Source: Azolla caroliniana
Lineage: Eukaryota > Plantae > Polypodiophyta
Length of the DNA stretch: 64,000 nt
Direction: 5' to 3'
Assembly: GCA_043228905.1 (NCBI GenBank)
Contig: JBHGNT010000009.1
Location: 16,182,001-16,246,000, forward strand
In this document: positions 12,501 to 23,372 of the stretch, piece by piece
How positions within the stretch are numbered: position 1 is the stretch's first letter
How the letters are laid out: every line of letters starts with the position of its first letter
Position numbers and translations under genes: made by a program
Notes under the pieces: generated by a model
Seen by the model: the letters and a program-made list of their open reading frames with translations, nothing else
What the model was told of the DNA's origin: nothing
Databases searched by the model: none

Positions 12501-14840
12501 GATCCGGCCGAAGACGGTGAAGAAACAGAACCGGCCGAAGAAGATGAAAATGATACCGGAACCGGCCCCGATCCCGAAATGGATTCGGATGAAGAAGAAT
12601 CGGAAGAACCGGTTACCGAAGCTCCGGAACGGAGATATCCTCTGAGAGAGAGAAGGGCTCCCCGGTGATTTCCGGAACCAGAGCACGTGCTGCTAACCGA
12701 CGAGGGGGAGCCGGAGAGCTTTGAAGAAGCGAAGCATAACACCCATAGCCGCAGGTGGTTAAGTGCCATGCAGGAGGAGATGGATTCCCTGCATGAGAAC
12801 CACACATATGAACTTGTGGAGTTGCCGAAAGGAAAACGGGCACTCCGTAACAAGTGGGTGTTCAAGCTGAAACCGGGAGATGCCGGAAACCCCCCGAGAT
12901 ACAAAGCCAGGATCGTGGTGAAGGGGTTTCAGCAGAAGAAGGGCGTCGACTTCGACGAGATATTTGCCCCGGTAGTGAAGATGACCTCCATCCGGACGGT
13001 GCTGAACATAGCGGCAAGCATGGACCTCGAGATAGAACAGATGGACGTGAAGACGGCATTCCTTCACGGTGACCTCGAAGAAGAGATCTACATGCAGCAA
13101 CCGGAAGGATTCGAGAAGAAAGGGAAGGAGCACCTGGTATGCCGGTTGAAGAAGAGCCTTTACGGTCTGAAGCAGGCTCCCCGGTCCGATCACTGCGTGT
13201 TTGTGAAGAAGTTCGAAGGAGGAGACTTTCTAATACTCCTCCTGTACGTGGACGACATGTTGATCATCGGACGAGACCAGGTCAAGATACGGATGCTGAA
13301 GAAGGCTCTTCACCGAACCTTCTCAATGAAGGACCTGGGTCCGGCGAGGCAAATACTAGGGATGCACATCATGTGGGACCGGAAGAAGAAGCAGTTGTGG
13401 CTGTCACAGGAGAAGTACGTGACAAAGGTGCTTCACCGGTTTAACATGTCGGAAGCAAGACCGGTCGGTCGGGTCAACACTCCCGGCAAACTGCAAGCTG
13501 TCCAGCAAGCAGAGCCCCAAGACAAAGGCTGAGAAGGAGGACATGATGAAAGTACCATATGCCTCTGTCGTCGGGAGCTTGATGTACGCAATGGTGTGTA
13601 CCCGACCGGACATAGGATATGCAGTCGGAGTGGTGAGCCGGTACATGAGCAATCCCGGCAAAGAGCATTGGAACGCGGCCAAGTGGATACTCCGATACCT
13701 GAAGGGCACGGCAAACGTGTGCCTCCGATTCGGCTCCGGTAAGCCCGAACTCGACGGCTTCACCGATTCGGATATGTCGGCTGATGCAGATACCAGCCGG
13801 TCCACATCAGGGTATGTGATGACGTATGCAGGGGGAGCTGTTTCATGGCAGTCGAGGCTGCAGAAGACGGTTGCGTTGTCAACCACGGAGGCGGAGTACA
13901 TGGCGGCTGTTGAAGCCGGCAAGGAAATAATATGGATGAAGGACTTCATTAGAGAGCTCGGTATCCGGCAGGAGGAGTACCGACTCTACTGCGACAGTCA
14001 GAGTGCAATCCACCTTGCGAAGAACGCTGCCTATCACTCCCGGACGAAGCACATCCAGCGAAGATATCACTGGATCCGGGAAAGGATAGAAGACAAGGAG
14101 TTCGTGCTGACGAAGATCCACACGGACGAGAACGGGTCGGATATGCTGACCAAGGTGCTCACACCCGACAAGCTGGAAGCATGCCGGAAGAGGATCGGAT
14201 TGGAGAGACATCCCATGCCGAAGTGAAGGGGGAGTTTGTTGGGATTACGGTCCCTCCGGATGGGATGGTCGGATGTCCGGAGATGAATGACGACAAGCCC
14301 GGTTGCGGTTTCGGAACCGGATGATGAAGACCCCGGCTTCGGAGCCGGATGACGAATGTACCCAGAGAGAGATCCGGATGCGGGGACATATCTGTGAATA
14401 TGTTTGCCAAGGGCCCTTGAGGCTATAGTTGTAAATAGCCCTAAAGTCATATGTGTATAAATATGACTTAGGGCAAACAGTTTTTATGTTGCTACTCATT
14501 TTTCTGTTTTTCCACTCAAGAGGAGTGAAGAGAGAGCAGCCGCGAGAGAGATAGAGCGTGAGAGAGGAAGAGGTCGACACCTCTGTGTAATTCCGCCGCC
14601 TGTGGCGAGGACAGCAAGCTCAAGGTCGTCGCCTTACAGCTCGCCATTGTATATTTCTCTGTGCATAGTTTTGGTTCGGAGTCTTGTACTCCCGTGGTTT
14701 TTCCCGTACAGGGTTTTCCACGTTAAATCGTGTGTCCACTTATTTACCTTTGCATTTCCCATTTTCTGCAACAACGATTCGTGTGTTTCCTTGGTTGTGG
14801 CCGAGAGGTGAAGTTTGGAAAGTGTCGATTATTTCCATCA
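9572..14840 (+). mobile_element. Young full-length Ty1/Copia element (defective)
   Basis: 604-bp LTRs at 9572-10175 and 14237-14840 (TG...CA; four transitions seen between them), 5-bp TSD CTGGC (9567-9571 and 14841-14845), PBS TGGTATCAGAGC at 10179-10190 and a PPT just before the 3' LTR. Confidence 0.97.
10206..14226 (+). pseudogene. Copia gag-pol polyprotein, inactivated
   Basis: Nearly identical to the intact ORF at 18652-22728, but with a TGA at 12666-12668, a 57-bp in-frame deletion in RT near 13184 (missing QWYRKFDSFMTDEGYFKTQ) and a 4-bp duplication frameshift near 13465. Confidence 0.93.
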
Positions 14841-17800
14841 CTGGCCAACGAGTCAAGGATCTATCTTATCCTATACATCGACGACATGTTGATTGCAGGG
14901 AGCAATCAAGAAGAGATCGGTAAGCTGAAGCGGAGCCTTCACGCAAAGTTCCCGATGAAGGAACTCGGACAAGCCCGACACATACTGGGCATGAGGATAG
15001 AGTGAAATCGGACGACCAAAACTCTCTGACTCTCCCAGTCCAAATACATCCGCAAGGTGCTGAAGCGCTTCAACATGGAGAATGTGAAGTCAACGCTGAC
15101 ACCGCTTCCGACATCGATCAGACTATTGGACAAAGACTCTCCTGCAACAGACAAGGAGAGAGAACTTAATGGAAAGATACCCTACGCATCGGTAGTAGGA
15201 AGTATCATGTACGCAATGGTTGCGACCCGACCCGAACTAGCCTATGCCGTAGGGGTGGTTAGCCGGTACATGTCAAACCCAGGAAAGAAGCATTGGGAGG
15301 CCGTCAAGCACATCCTTAGGTATCTAAAAGGAACCCTGGATGCAAGGCTGACTTTCGGACTGAAAACCTCAGCCGAAGTCGAAGGCTACATCGATTCCGA
15401 CTATGCCGGAAATGCAGATAATCGGAAATCAACAGCAAGCTACATCTTCACCTATGGTGGCAAGGTGATATCATGGAGGTCAAAACTTCAAGAGTGCACA
15501 ACTCTGTTTACCACAGATGCCGAATACATAGCAACATCGGAAGCAACGAAGGAAGCAAGCAATCTAGCTGCACCAACTGATTGATGACTTTGAAACTGCA
15601 AGCCGAAACGACCAACCAGCGCCGACCATCTATTGCGACTCACAGAGTGCAATACACCTCATCAACAATCTCATCTATCATGTGAAGACAAAGCACATTG
15701 AGGTGCGGTATCATCATATCCGGGAGCTCATAAACGAAAAGAAACTCAAAGTCCAAAAGATTGACACCAAGGTGAACATCGTCGATTGCCTGACGAAGCC
15801 ACTCCCAAATCAACACTTCGGAACACTAAGGAGGAAGATGGGGCTACGACAAGGTAAGAGGAGAAGAAAGCCGAATGAGGAGCAAAAGGTAAGAGATGAA
15901 CGACACTCATACTATACCTCTACCGACTCGGCTACTTGCCGACAAACTTGTAACATAAAATCTAGTTAAATTTGTAATCTAGGTTTATGGGGGAGATAAT
16001 CCCAAATACTTGTACATGCAAGAAAGAGTAGTCCTTTTATGGGGGAGTTTGTTGGCTTAAAAGGCCGACTCCTTCCAAGTTGTATCCGTCCAAGTGTGAA
16101 CTCGTTAATAAGTTAGGGCTTAGTATATAAGTGAATACCTAACATTGTAATGAGGGATGACGCGAAAAGTATTGTATCTTTGAGAGAGAACAAAGCAATA
16201 AGGAGCTTTCCATTAAAGCTCGATCTACTGTCTAAGTCTCGATTCACTGTACGTTCTGTGTGTTGTTTTATGTGCATAAGCGAGCAGGTCCGCAATCATT
16301 TTCTGCATATACGTATACATATATATACATACTTTCCTACAACAAAGCCCATTATATACTAGATGGGCTAGGGCAACGTCCCTTTGACATATTTATAGAA
16401 TTCTCCTAAATCTAGTTGGTTGAAGATATAATGTGAATACAACCATTATAGAACAGTATTCGCTAGTCCCTCCATGCTCCTACCAGCATCCAGAGTCTTC
16501 CAATACCCATTTTGACTCTGTCTTCCGTGGTTGCCTTTTTGTTCTTTAGTTGTTTGATAAGGTCGGCCACAGCGGTTGCCTGCACATCGTATTCCATCAA
16601 CTTTGTTTGGTAGGTCATTTGCACTCTATCCAATATTGTCTTTGCCCATTCTAACTCCCGATAGTGTTGCGTCGTGAGCTCCATGTGTTTTTTCGATGCC
16701 TCCTCCAGCACCTTTGTCGTTGCCTCAACCATCATCTTTCCTTGATTTGCCAGCGCCTTCATCTTTTCTTTTAACTCTGTCCAAGCCTCCTTGAGCTTCT
16801 CTTCCTGCCAGTCATAATCCGACCCCAGCTTCTTATGTTCCGCCTACAACTGCTTATGGTCCTGGTACAACTTCTCGAAGTCCCCTGTTTTCCGCTTTAG
16901 GCGCTAGTTGACTTGTGACCACAACCGATTATCCCAATCCTTCTGCTGCCGGATCTCTTCCTTCAGCCTTTCAATCTCTATCTCTGCCATTCTCCGTAAC
17001 TTATCCTTCTCTTTTAATAGGCTATCCTTCTCCTCCTTCAGTCGGTCATAACTTCCCTGCATCTTCTAGAGCCTCTCTTCGGTTCTCCTTTTCTCCTCCT
17101 CAGTTGTCTTCCTTAGTTCTCTCTCTCTTTCTCTTAATGCCTCTTGAGCGGTTAATTCTTCTTTTAGCATATGCACTTCCTTCTCCCACTCACATTCTTT
17201 TACCAGGGTTGTGCTCATCTCCGGCTCTGTTTCTTTTTCGGAGCTTTTTTCTGTGTATTTTCCGGTTCTACTTGCTCCATTTCTATATTGGTGCCCTAGC
17301 CCATGTTTGCCATAATTTTAGCTAACTCCTTGGTCTTGGCCAACTTCTCCTCTAAACTCTAGATTTGGTTTCGAGCCTTTTCTAATTCCTCGGTTGCTGC
17401 CAACAACTGTTTGGCCTTCTCTGGCCCCCGCCTTTGTTCTGTTTCCATCCGGTCAGCCACACCGGAAACCATTGCCACTCCAGCCATTGCCGGCAGGTTC
17501 CGTGTTGTGTGAGTGCAGCAAACTGCTGCACTAGCTCCGGCATTAGTCCTTGCTCTTCTCTTAACTCCTATGTAACCGACTCTTCTTGTTATGGTGTCCG
17601 TTCCAATCGGCGCACTTCATTTTGTAGATGCGTCTCAAGACCCGATGATGTATGTCGTTCTTTCTCCGGTTCATGTTGAACCGTTGTAGTGGAAATCCGC
17701 GCATGTGTGTCGGCTTGGGCGGGACCACAGGGGGTTTTGGACTAGGGAGTAGAGGGGAAATTGGAGCTTATCCCTTACGGCCTTCGAGCTCAAAAGGGTA

Positions 17801-18027
17801 GGAGAAAGAAGAAGATATTAACACGGAAGAGAAATAGATGGAGATAATGCTCATCAAGCTAATTCCATTATAGGGCACGAAAGTCACAACACAATTAAAA
17901 CCACGGCCAATTAGGCCGGACTCAAGCACAACTAGAAGAAATGATAATGACTAAAGAGAGAGAGAAGGAAATCCTAAACCTTCTTTACTACTACCATGAT
18001 GACCAAACGAAAACCCTAAAAACAAAA

Positions 18028-21000
18028 TGTTGGGAATCAACGCTTCGATTCACCTTCACCACTCGGCCACAACCAAGTAAGCGCGAATCAATGGAACAGA
18101 AAATAGGAACCACAAAGAGAAGCAAAACGCGAACACACAGGGATTAACGTGGAAAACCCTAGACGGGAAAAACCACGGGAGTACAAGACTCCAAACCAAC
18201 ACTATACAGAGAAGTATACAATGGCGAGCTGCAAGGTGACGACCTTGAGCTCGCTATCCTCGCCACAGGAGGCGGAAATACAAAGAGGCGTCGTCCTCTT
18301 CCTCTCTCACGCTCTATCTCTCTCTCTCTCTCTCACGGCTGCTCCCTCTTCACTCCTCTTGAGTGGAAAAACAGAAAAATGATTAGCAGCAATAAAACAG
18401 TTTGCCCTAAGTCATATTTATACATATATGACTTTGGGGCTATTTACAACTATAGCCTCAGGGGGCCCATAGCGAACATATTCACGGATATGTCCCTGCA
18501 TCCGGATCGCTCTCCGGGTACATTCGTCATCCGGCACCGAAGCCGGGGTCTTCAACATCCGGATCCGAAACCGAAACCGGGCTCGTCGGCATTCATCTCC
18601 GACATCCGACCATCCCATCCGAAGGGATCGTAATCCCAACAAACTCCCCCTTCACTTCGGCATGGGATGTCTTTCCAATCCGATCCTCTTCCGGCATGCT
18701 TCCAGCTTGTCGGGTGTGAGGACCTTGATCAGCATATCCGACCCGTTCTCGTCCGTGTGGATCTTTGTCAGCACGAACTCCTTGTCTTCTATCCTTTCCC
18801 GGATCCAGTGATATCTTCGCTGGATGTGCTTCGTCTGGGAGTGATAGGCCGCGTTCTTCGCAAGGTGGATTGCACTCTGACTGTCACAGTAGAGTCGGTA
18901 CTCCTCCTGCCGGATACCGAGCTCTCTAATGAAGTCCTTCATCCATATTACTTCCTTGCCGGCTTCAACAGCCGCCATGTACTCCGCCTCCGTAGTTGAC
19001 AGCGCAACCGTCTTCTGCAGCCTCGACTGCCATGAGACAGCTCCCCCTGCATACGTCATCACATACCCTGATGTGGACCGGCTGGTATCTGCATCAGCCG
19101 ACATATCCGAATCGGTAAAGCCGTCGAGTTCGGGCTTACCGGAGCCGAATCGGAGGCACACGTTTGCCGTGCCCTTCAGGTATCGGAGTATCCAGTTGGC
19201 CGCGTTCCAATGCTCTTTGCCGGGATTGCTCATGTACCGGCTCACCACTCCGACTGCATATCCGATGTCCGGTCTCGTACACACCATGGCGTACATCAAG
19301 CTCCCGACGGCTGAGGCATACGGCACTTTCATCATATCCTCCTTTTCAGCCTTTGTCTTGGGACTTTGCTTGTTGGACAGCTTGCAGTTTGCCGGGAGGG
19401 TCGATCCGACCGGTCTTGCTTCCGTCATGTTGAACCGGTGAAGCACCTTCGTCACGTACTTCTCCTGTGACAGCCACAACTGCTTCTTCTTCCGGTCCCG
19501 GATGATGTGCATCCCTAGTATTTGCCTCGCCGGACCCAAGTCCTTCATTGAGAAGGTTCGGTGAAGAGCCTTCTTCAGCATCCGTATCTTGACCTGGTCC
19601 CGTCCGACGATCAACATGTCGTCCACGTATAGGAGGAGTATTAGGAAGTCTCCTCCTTCGAACTTCTTCACAAACACGCAGTGGTCGGACTGCGTTTTGA
19701 AGTACCCTTCGTCGGTCATGAAGGAGTCGAATTTCCGGTACCATTGCCGGGGAGCCTGCTTCAGTCCGTAAAGGCTCTTCTTCAACCGGCATACCAGGTG
19801 CTCCTTCCCTTTCTTCTCGAATCCTTCCGGTTGCTGCATGTAGATCTCTTCTTCGAGGTCACCGTGAAGGAATGCCGTCTTCACGTCCATCTGTTCTACC
19901 TCGAGGTCCATGCTTGCCGCTATGCTCAGCACCGTCCGGATGGAGGTCATCTTCACTACCGGGGCAAATATCTCGTCGAAGTCGACGCCCTTCTTCTGCT
20001 GAAACCCCTTCACCACGATCCTGGCTTTGTATCTCGGGGGGTTTCCGGCATCTCCCGGTTTCAGCTTGTACACCCACTTGTTTCGAAGTGCCCGCTTTCC
20101 TTTCGGCAACTCCACAAGTTCATATGTGTGGTTCTCATGCAGGGAATCCATCTCGTCCTGCATGGCACTCAACCACCTGCGGCTCTGGGTGTCATGCTTT
20201 GCTTCTTCAAAGCTCTCCGGCTCCCCTTCGTCGGTTAGCAGCATGTGCTCTGGATCCGGAAATCTCCGGGGGGCCCTCCTCTCTCTTAGAGGATATCTCC
20301 GTTCGGGAGCTTCGGTAACCGGTTCTTCCGATTCTTCTTCTTCATCCGAATCCATTTCGGGATCGGGGCCGGTCCCGGTATCATTTTCATCTTCTTCGGC
20401 CGGTTCTGTTTCTTCACCGTCTTCGGCCGGATCCTCGAGTGCTAACCGGTCCCTTGCCGGTCGGGACTGCTCCTCATAAAGTTGATCCTCACCGGTTGAC
20501 TTGGAGCTCTTCATCTTCTTCTCCGACTCCCAGTCGGCGAGTGTCTTGTTCTCCATGAAGATGATGTCTCGACTCCTGAATATCTTCTTGTCGACCGGGT
20601 CCCATACTCGGTAGCCGAACTCGTCGTCGCCGTAACCGAGGAATATGCATGGCCGGGTCTTTGGATCTAGCTTTCCTCTCCGGTCCTTTGCCACATGCAC
20701 GTATGCGAGACACCCGAACACCTTCAGATGCCGGTAGGACACTTCCTTACCGGTCCACACTTTCTGCGGCTTGTCTCCGTCCAAAGGTACTGAGGGTGAT
20801 CTGTTTATCACGTATGTCGCCGTCGACATTGCCTCAGCCCAAAACCCCTTGGGTAATTTCGCATGCGCCAGCATACTCCGGACCCTCTCCATTATGGTCC
20901 GGTTCATCCTCTCGGCCAGCCCGTTTAGTTCCGGCGTCTTCGGCACAGTAAACTCGAGCCGGATTCCCTTCGAGCGACAGTACTCCTGGAACTGCCCCCG

Positions 21001-23372
21001 GTATTCCCCTCCGTTATCCGCTCGTATCGCTTTCAGCTTCTTGCCGGATTCCCTTTCCACTCTCGCGTGGAGTTCTTTGAAGACGGACAGTACTTGGTCC
21101 TTTGTCTTCAACGGTGCCGTCCACAGCTTCCGGCTGTGATCATCAATGAATGTTACGAAGTACTGGGCTCCGCCATGTGACTTCGTTTCTACCTGACACA
21201 CATCAGTGTGCACCAACTCCAATGGTGCGCTACGTCTCGTCGGTGGCCTTGAGTGGAAGGAGGTTCGGTTCTGCTTACCGGCCAGGCAATCGGTGCACTT
21301 CTCCAGGTGCACATGCTTCACTGGAATAAGGTTGTCTTCTGCAAGCCTCTTCATCCCCTTCTCACTCATGTGGCACAGTCTCTTGTGCCACAGCTCACCG
21401 GCAGTGTCGGCTGCAACATTCAAGTCTTCCGGACACAACCAGGCATTCATAAGGTACAGTGTGTTGACTTTCCGGGCCCGAGCCACTATCAGGCTTCCCT
21501 TGCTGAACTTCATTACGCCGTTCCGGATGCTACCTGTGTAGCCTTCATCGTCTAGCCTCCCGGCCGAAATCAGGTTCAATCGAACCTCCGGAACGTGTCG
21601 GACATCCTTCAGCAGCATTTTGCATCCGGTCGGGGTTGTCAACCACACGTCTCCTATGCCGGCAATCCGGCACGTACCTTCATTTCCCATCCGAACACAG
21701 CCGTGCTCACCGACTGTGTAGGATGAGAAGTATCTTCTCTCCGGGGTCAGGTGGAACGATGCTCCGGAATCGACCACCCAGGTCGTCTCATCGCCGGCAA
21801 TGTTTAGTTCACCTTCTTCGGTGATGAGCATGATTTCTTCCTCACTTGCCGCGAGTGCCGTTGTTCCTTTCCGGTCCTGCCCTCGCCGATCCGAACCTCT
21901 CCGGTCCGTGGCTCCCCGGTATGCACCGTTTCTCTCCGGTGACTTCTTCGAATCGGTGTCGTCGGCTCCGTTGTCTTTTCGGTAATGCCGACAATTCTTT
22001 CGGAAGTGCCCCGGTTTCCCACAGTGGAAGCATGTGGGCCTTCCTCTTGACTGCGACCGGGTCCCCGACTTCTCCCGTCTTTGCGGACTCCGGTTCCATT
22101 GTCTTCCCCGATCCGATTCGGTAAGCAGCGCCTTCGGGTCGGAGGCCGGTTCTTTATCTCTCCGACGCGCTTCTTCGTTCAAAATACTTGTCTTTACCGT
22201 TTGCAAGGACAAGTTATCTTCTGTGCAGGAGGTGCTGAGAGTCACCACCAAGTTCTCCCAGCTTTCCGGCAATGTACACATCAGGATGATGGCTTGCATT
22301 GCATCCTCCAACGGGAACTTGATCGCCGCAAGCTGATTCACGAATCCCATGAACGTGCTTACGTGTTCCACCATACTCTCGCCGTCCCGGTACTTGAGAT
22401 TCACTATCTTCCTCATCAGGGAGGTCCGGTTCAACGCATTCTTCCTCTCATAGAGGCCCGACAGCTTCCGCCACATCTCATATGCGTTGGTGTCGTTCGC
22501 CACATGTTGTAGAACGCTCACGTCGACGTATTGCCGAATGGTTGCAACGGCTTTCCGGTTCAGAAGCCTCCATTCCGACTCAAGTACCCCCTTCGGTATT
22601 TCCGACCTGTCAATCGGTTCGTACAGGTCCCGAACAATCAGAAGATCCTCCATCTTGATCTTCCAGTCGGCGTAATTCTGCGCATTCAGCACCATCATCC
22701 CCGGCTGCCCGCTGCCGCCGCCTTCCATTTTCTGCAGCAGTTCGCTCTGATACCAGTTTGTTGGGAATCAACGCTTCGATTCACCTTCACCACTCGGCCA
22801 CAACCAAGTAAGCGCGAATCAATGGAACAGAAAATAGGAACCACAAAGAGAAGCAAAACGCGAACACACAGGGATTAACGTGGAAAACCCTAGACGGGAA
22901 AAACCACGGGAGTACAAGACTCCAAACCAACACTATACAGAGAAGTATACAATGGCGAGCTGCAAGGTGACGACCTTGAGCTCGCTGTCCTCGCCACAGG
23001 AGGCGGAAATACAAAGAGGCGTCGTCCTCTTCCTCTCTCACGCTCTATCTCTCTCTCTCTCTCTCACGGCTGCTCCCTCTTCACTCCTCTTGAGTGGAAA
23101 AACAGAAAAATGATTAGCAGCAATAAAACAGTTTGCCCTAAGTCATATTTATACATATATGACTTTGGGGCTATTTACAACTATAGCCTCAGGGGGCCCA
23201 TAGCGAACATATTCACGGATATGTCCCTGCATCCGGATCGCTCTCCGGGTACATTCGTCATCCGGCACCGAAGCCGGGGTCTTCAACATCCGGATCCGAA
23301 ACCGAAACCGGGCTCGTCGGCATTCATCTCCGACATCCGACCATCCCATCCGAAGGGATCGTAATCCCAACA
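18028..23372 (-). mobile_element. Intact, very young Ty1/Copia LTR retrotransposon
   Basis: 614-bp LTRs at 18028-18641 and 22759-23372 (one mismatch seen), TSD CAAAA (18023-18027 and 23373-23377), tRNA-iMet PBS near 22744-22755 and a PPT next to the 3' LTR. Confidence 0.98.
18652..22728 (-). CDS. Copia gag-pol polyprotein (Gag-PR-IN-RT-RNase H), 1358 aa, uninterrupted
   Basis: CCHC knuckle (CFHCGKPGHFRKNC), protease WVVDSGAS, integrase HHCC plus the D-D-E region (VHTDV, RADNGGEY, NGLAERMNR), RT LYVDDML and RNase H FTDSD ... TKHIQRRYH. Confidence 0.97.
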   Translation of the reverse strand: MEGGGSGQPGMMVLNAQNYADWKIKMEDLLIVRDLYEPIDRSEIPKGVLESEWRLLNRKAVATIRQYVDVSVLQHVANDTNAYEMWRKLSGLYERKNALNRTSLMRKIVNLKYRDGESMVEHVSTFMGFVNQLAAIKFPLEDAMQAIILMCTLPESWENLVVTLSTSCTEDNLSLQTVKTSILNEEARRRDKEPASDPKALLTESDRGRQWNRSPQRREKSGTRSQSRGRPTCFHCGKPGHFRKNCRHYRKDNGADDTDSKKSPERNGAYRGATDRRGSDRRGQDRKGTTALAASEEEIMLITEEGELNIAGDETTWVVDSGASFHLTPERRYFSSYTVGEHGCVRMGNEGTCRIAGIGDVWLTTPTGCKMLLKDVRHVPEVRLNLISAGRLDDEGYTGSIRNGVMKFSKGSLIVARARKVNTLYLMNAWLCPEDLNVAADTAGELWHKRLCHMSEKGMKRLAEDNLIPVKHVHLEKCTDCLAGKQNRTSFHSRPPTRRSAPLELVHTDVCQVETKSHGGAQYFVTFIDDHSRKLWTAPLKTKDQVLSVFKELHARVERESGKKLKAIRADNGGEYRGQFQEYCRSKGIRLEFTVPKTPELNGLAERMNRTIMERVRSMLAHAKLPKGFWAEAMSTATYVINRSPSVPLDGDKPQKVWTGKEVSYRHLKVFGCLAYVHVAKDRRGKLDPKTRPCIFLGYGDDEFGYRVWDPVDKKIFRSRDIIFMENKTLADWESEKKMKSSKSTGEDQLYEEQSRPARDRLALEDPAEDGEETEPAEEDENDTGTGPDPEMDSDEEEESEEPVTEAPERRYPLRERRAPRRFPDPEHMLLTDEGEPESFEEAKHDTQSRRWLSAMQDEMDSLHENHTYELVELPKGKRALRNKWVYKLKPGDAGNPPRYKARIVVKGFQQKKGVDFDEIFAPVVKMTSIRTVLSIAASMDLEVEQMDVKTAFLHGDLEEEIYMQQPEGFEKKGKEHLVCRLKKSLYGLKQAPRQWYRKFDSFMTDEGYFKTQSDHCVFVKKFEGGDFLILLLYVDDMLIVGRDQVKIRMLKKALHRTFSMKDLGPARQILGMHIIRDRKKKQLWLSQEKYVTKVLHRFNMTEARPVGSTLPANCKLSNKQSPKTKAEKEDMMKVPYASAVGSLMYAMVCTRPDIGYAVGVVSRYMSNPGKEHWNAANWILRYLKGTANVCLRFGSGKPELDGFTDSDMSADADTSRSTSGYVMTYAGGAVSWQSRLQKTVALSTTEAEYMAAVEAGKEVIWMKDFIRELGIRQEEYRLYCDSQSAIHLAKNAAYHSQTKHIQRRYHWIRERIEDKEFVLTKIHTDENGSDMLIKVLTPDKLEACRKRIGLERHPMPK

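Larger units (their letters stand above)
6337..15969 (+). pseudogene. Copia gag-pol of the old element; many stops and frameshifts, split by the insertion at 9572-14840
   Basis: Fragments 6475-7287 (gag), 7361-7768 (LWHGRLGHMS), 7835-8536 (integrase, LRSDNEGEY), 8807-9502 (RT, QMDVKTTFLHG), LYIDDML at ~14870 and 15057-15969 (RNase H, YIDSDYAG ... TKHIEVRYH). Confidence 0.88.
5994..16344 (+). mobile_element. Old Ty1/Copia element with a young Copia nested inside it
   Basis: The 5' LTR remnant 5994-6240 matches the 3' LTR 16050-16344 (TGTTGG...CAACA). It has a degenerate PBS TAGTATCGGAGC at 6241 and a PPT GGGGGAG at 16041. The gag-PR-IN-RT-RH fragments are in Copia order. Confidence 0.92.

Noticed and set aside
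18667-22878. Many antisense and alternate-frame ORFs over the Copia elements (also 10173-14450)
   Set aside because: These are shadow ORFs caused by GC-rich codon usage. Their recurrence only reflects the two near-identical elements.
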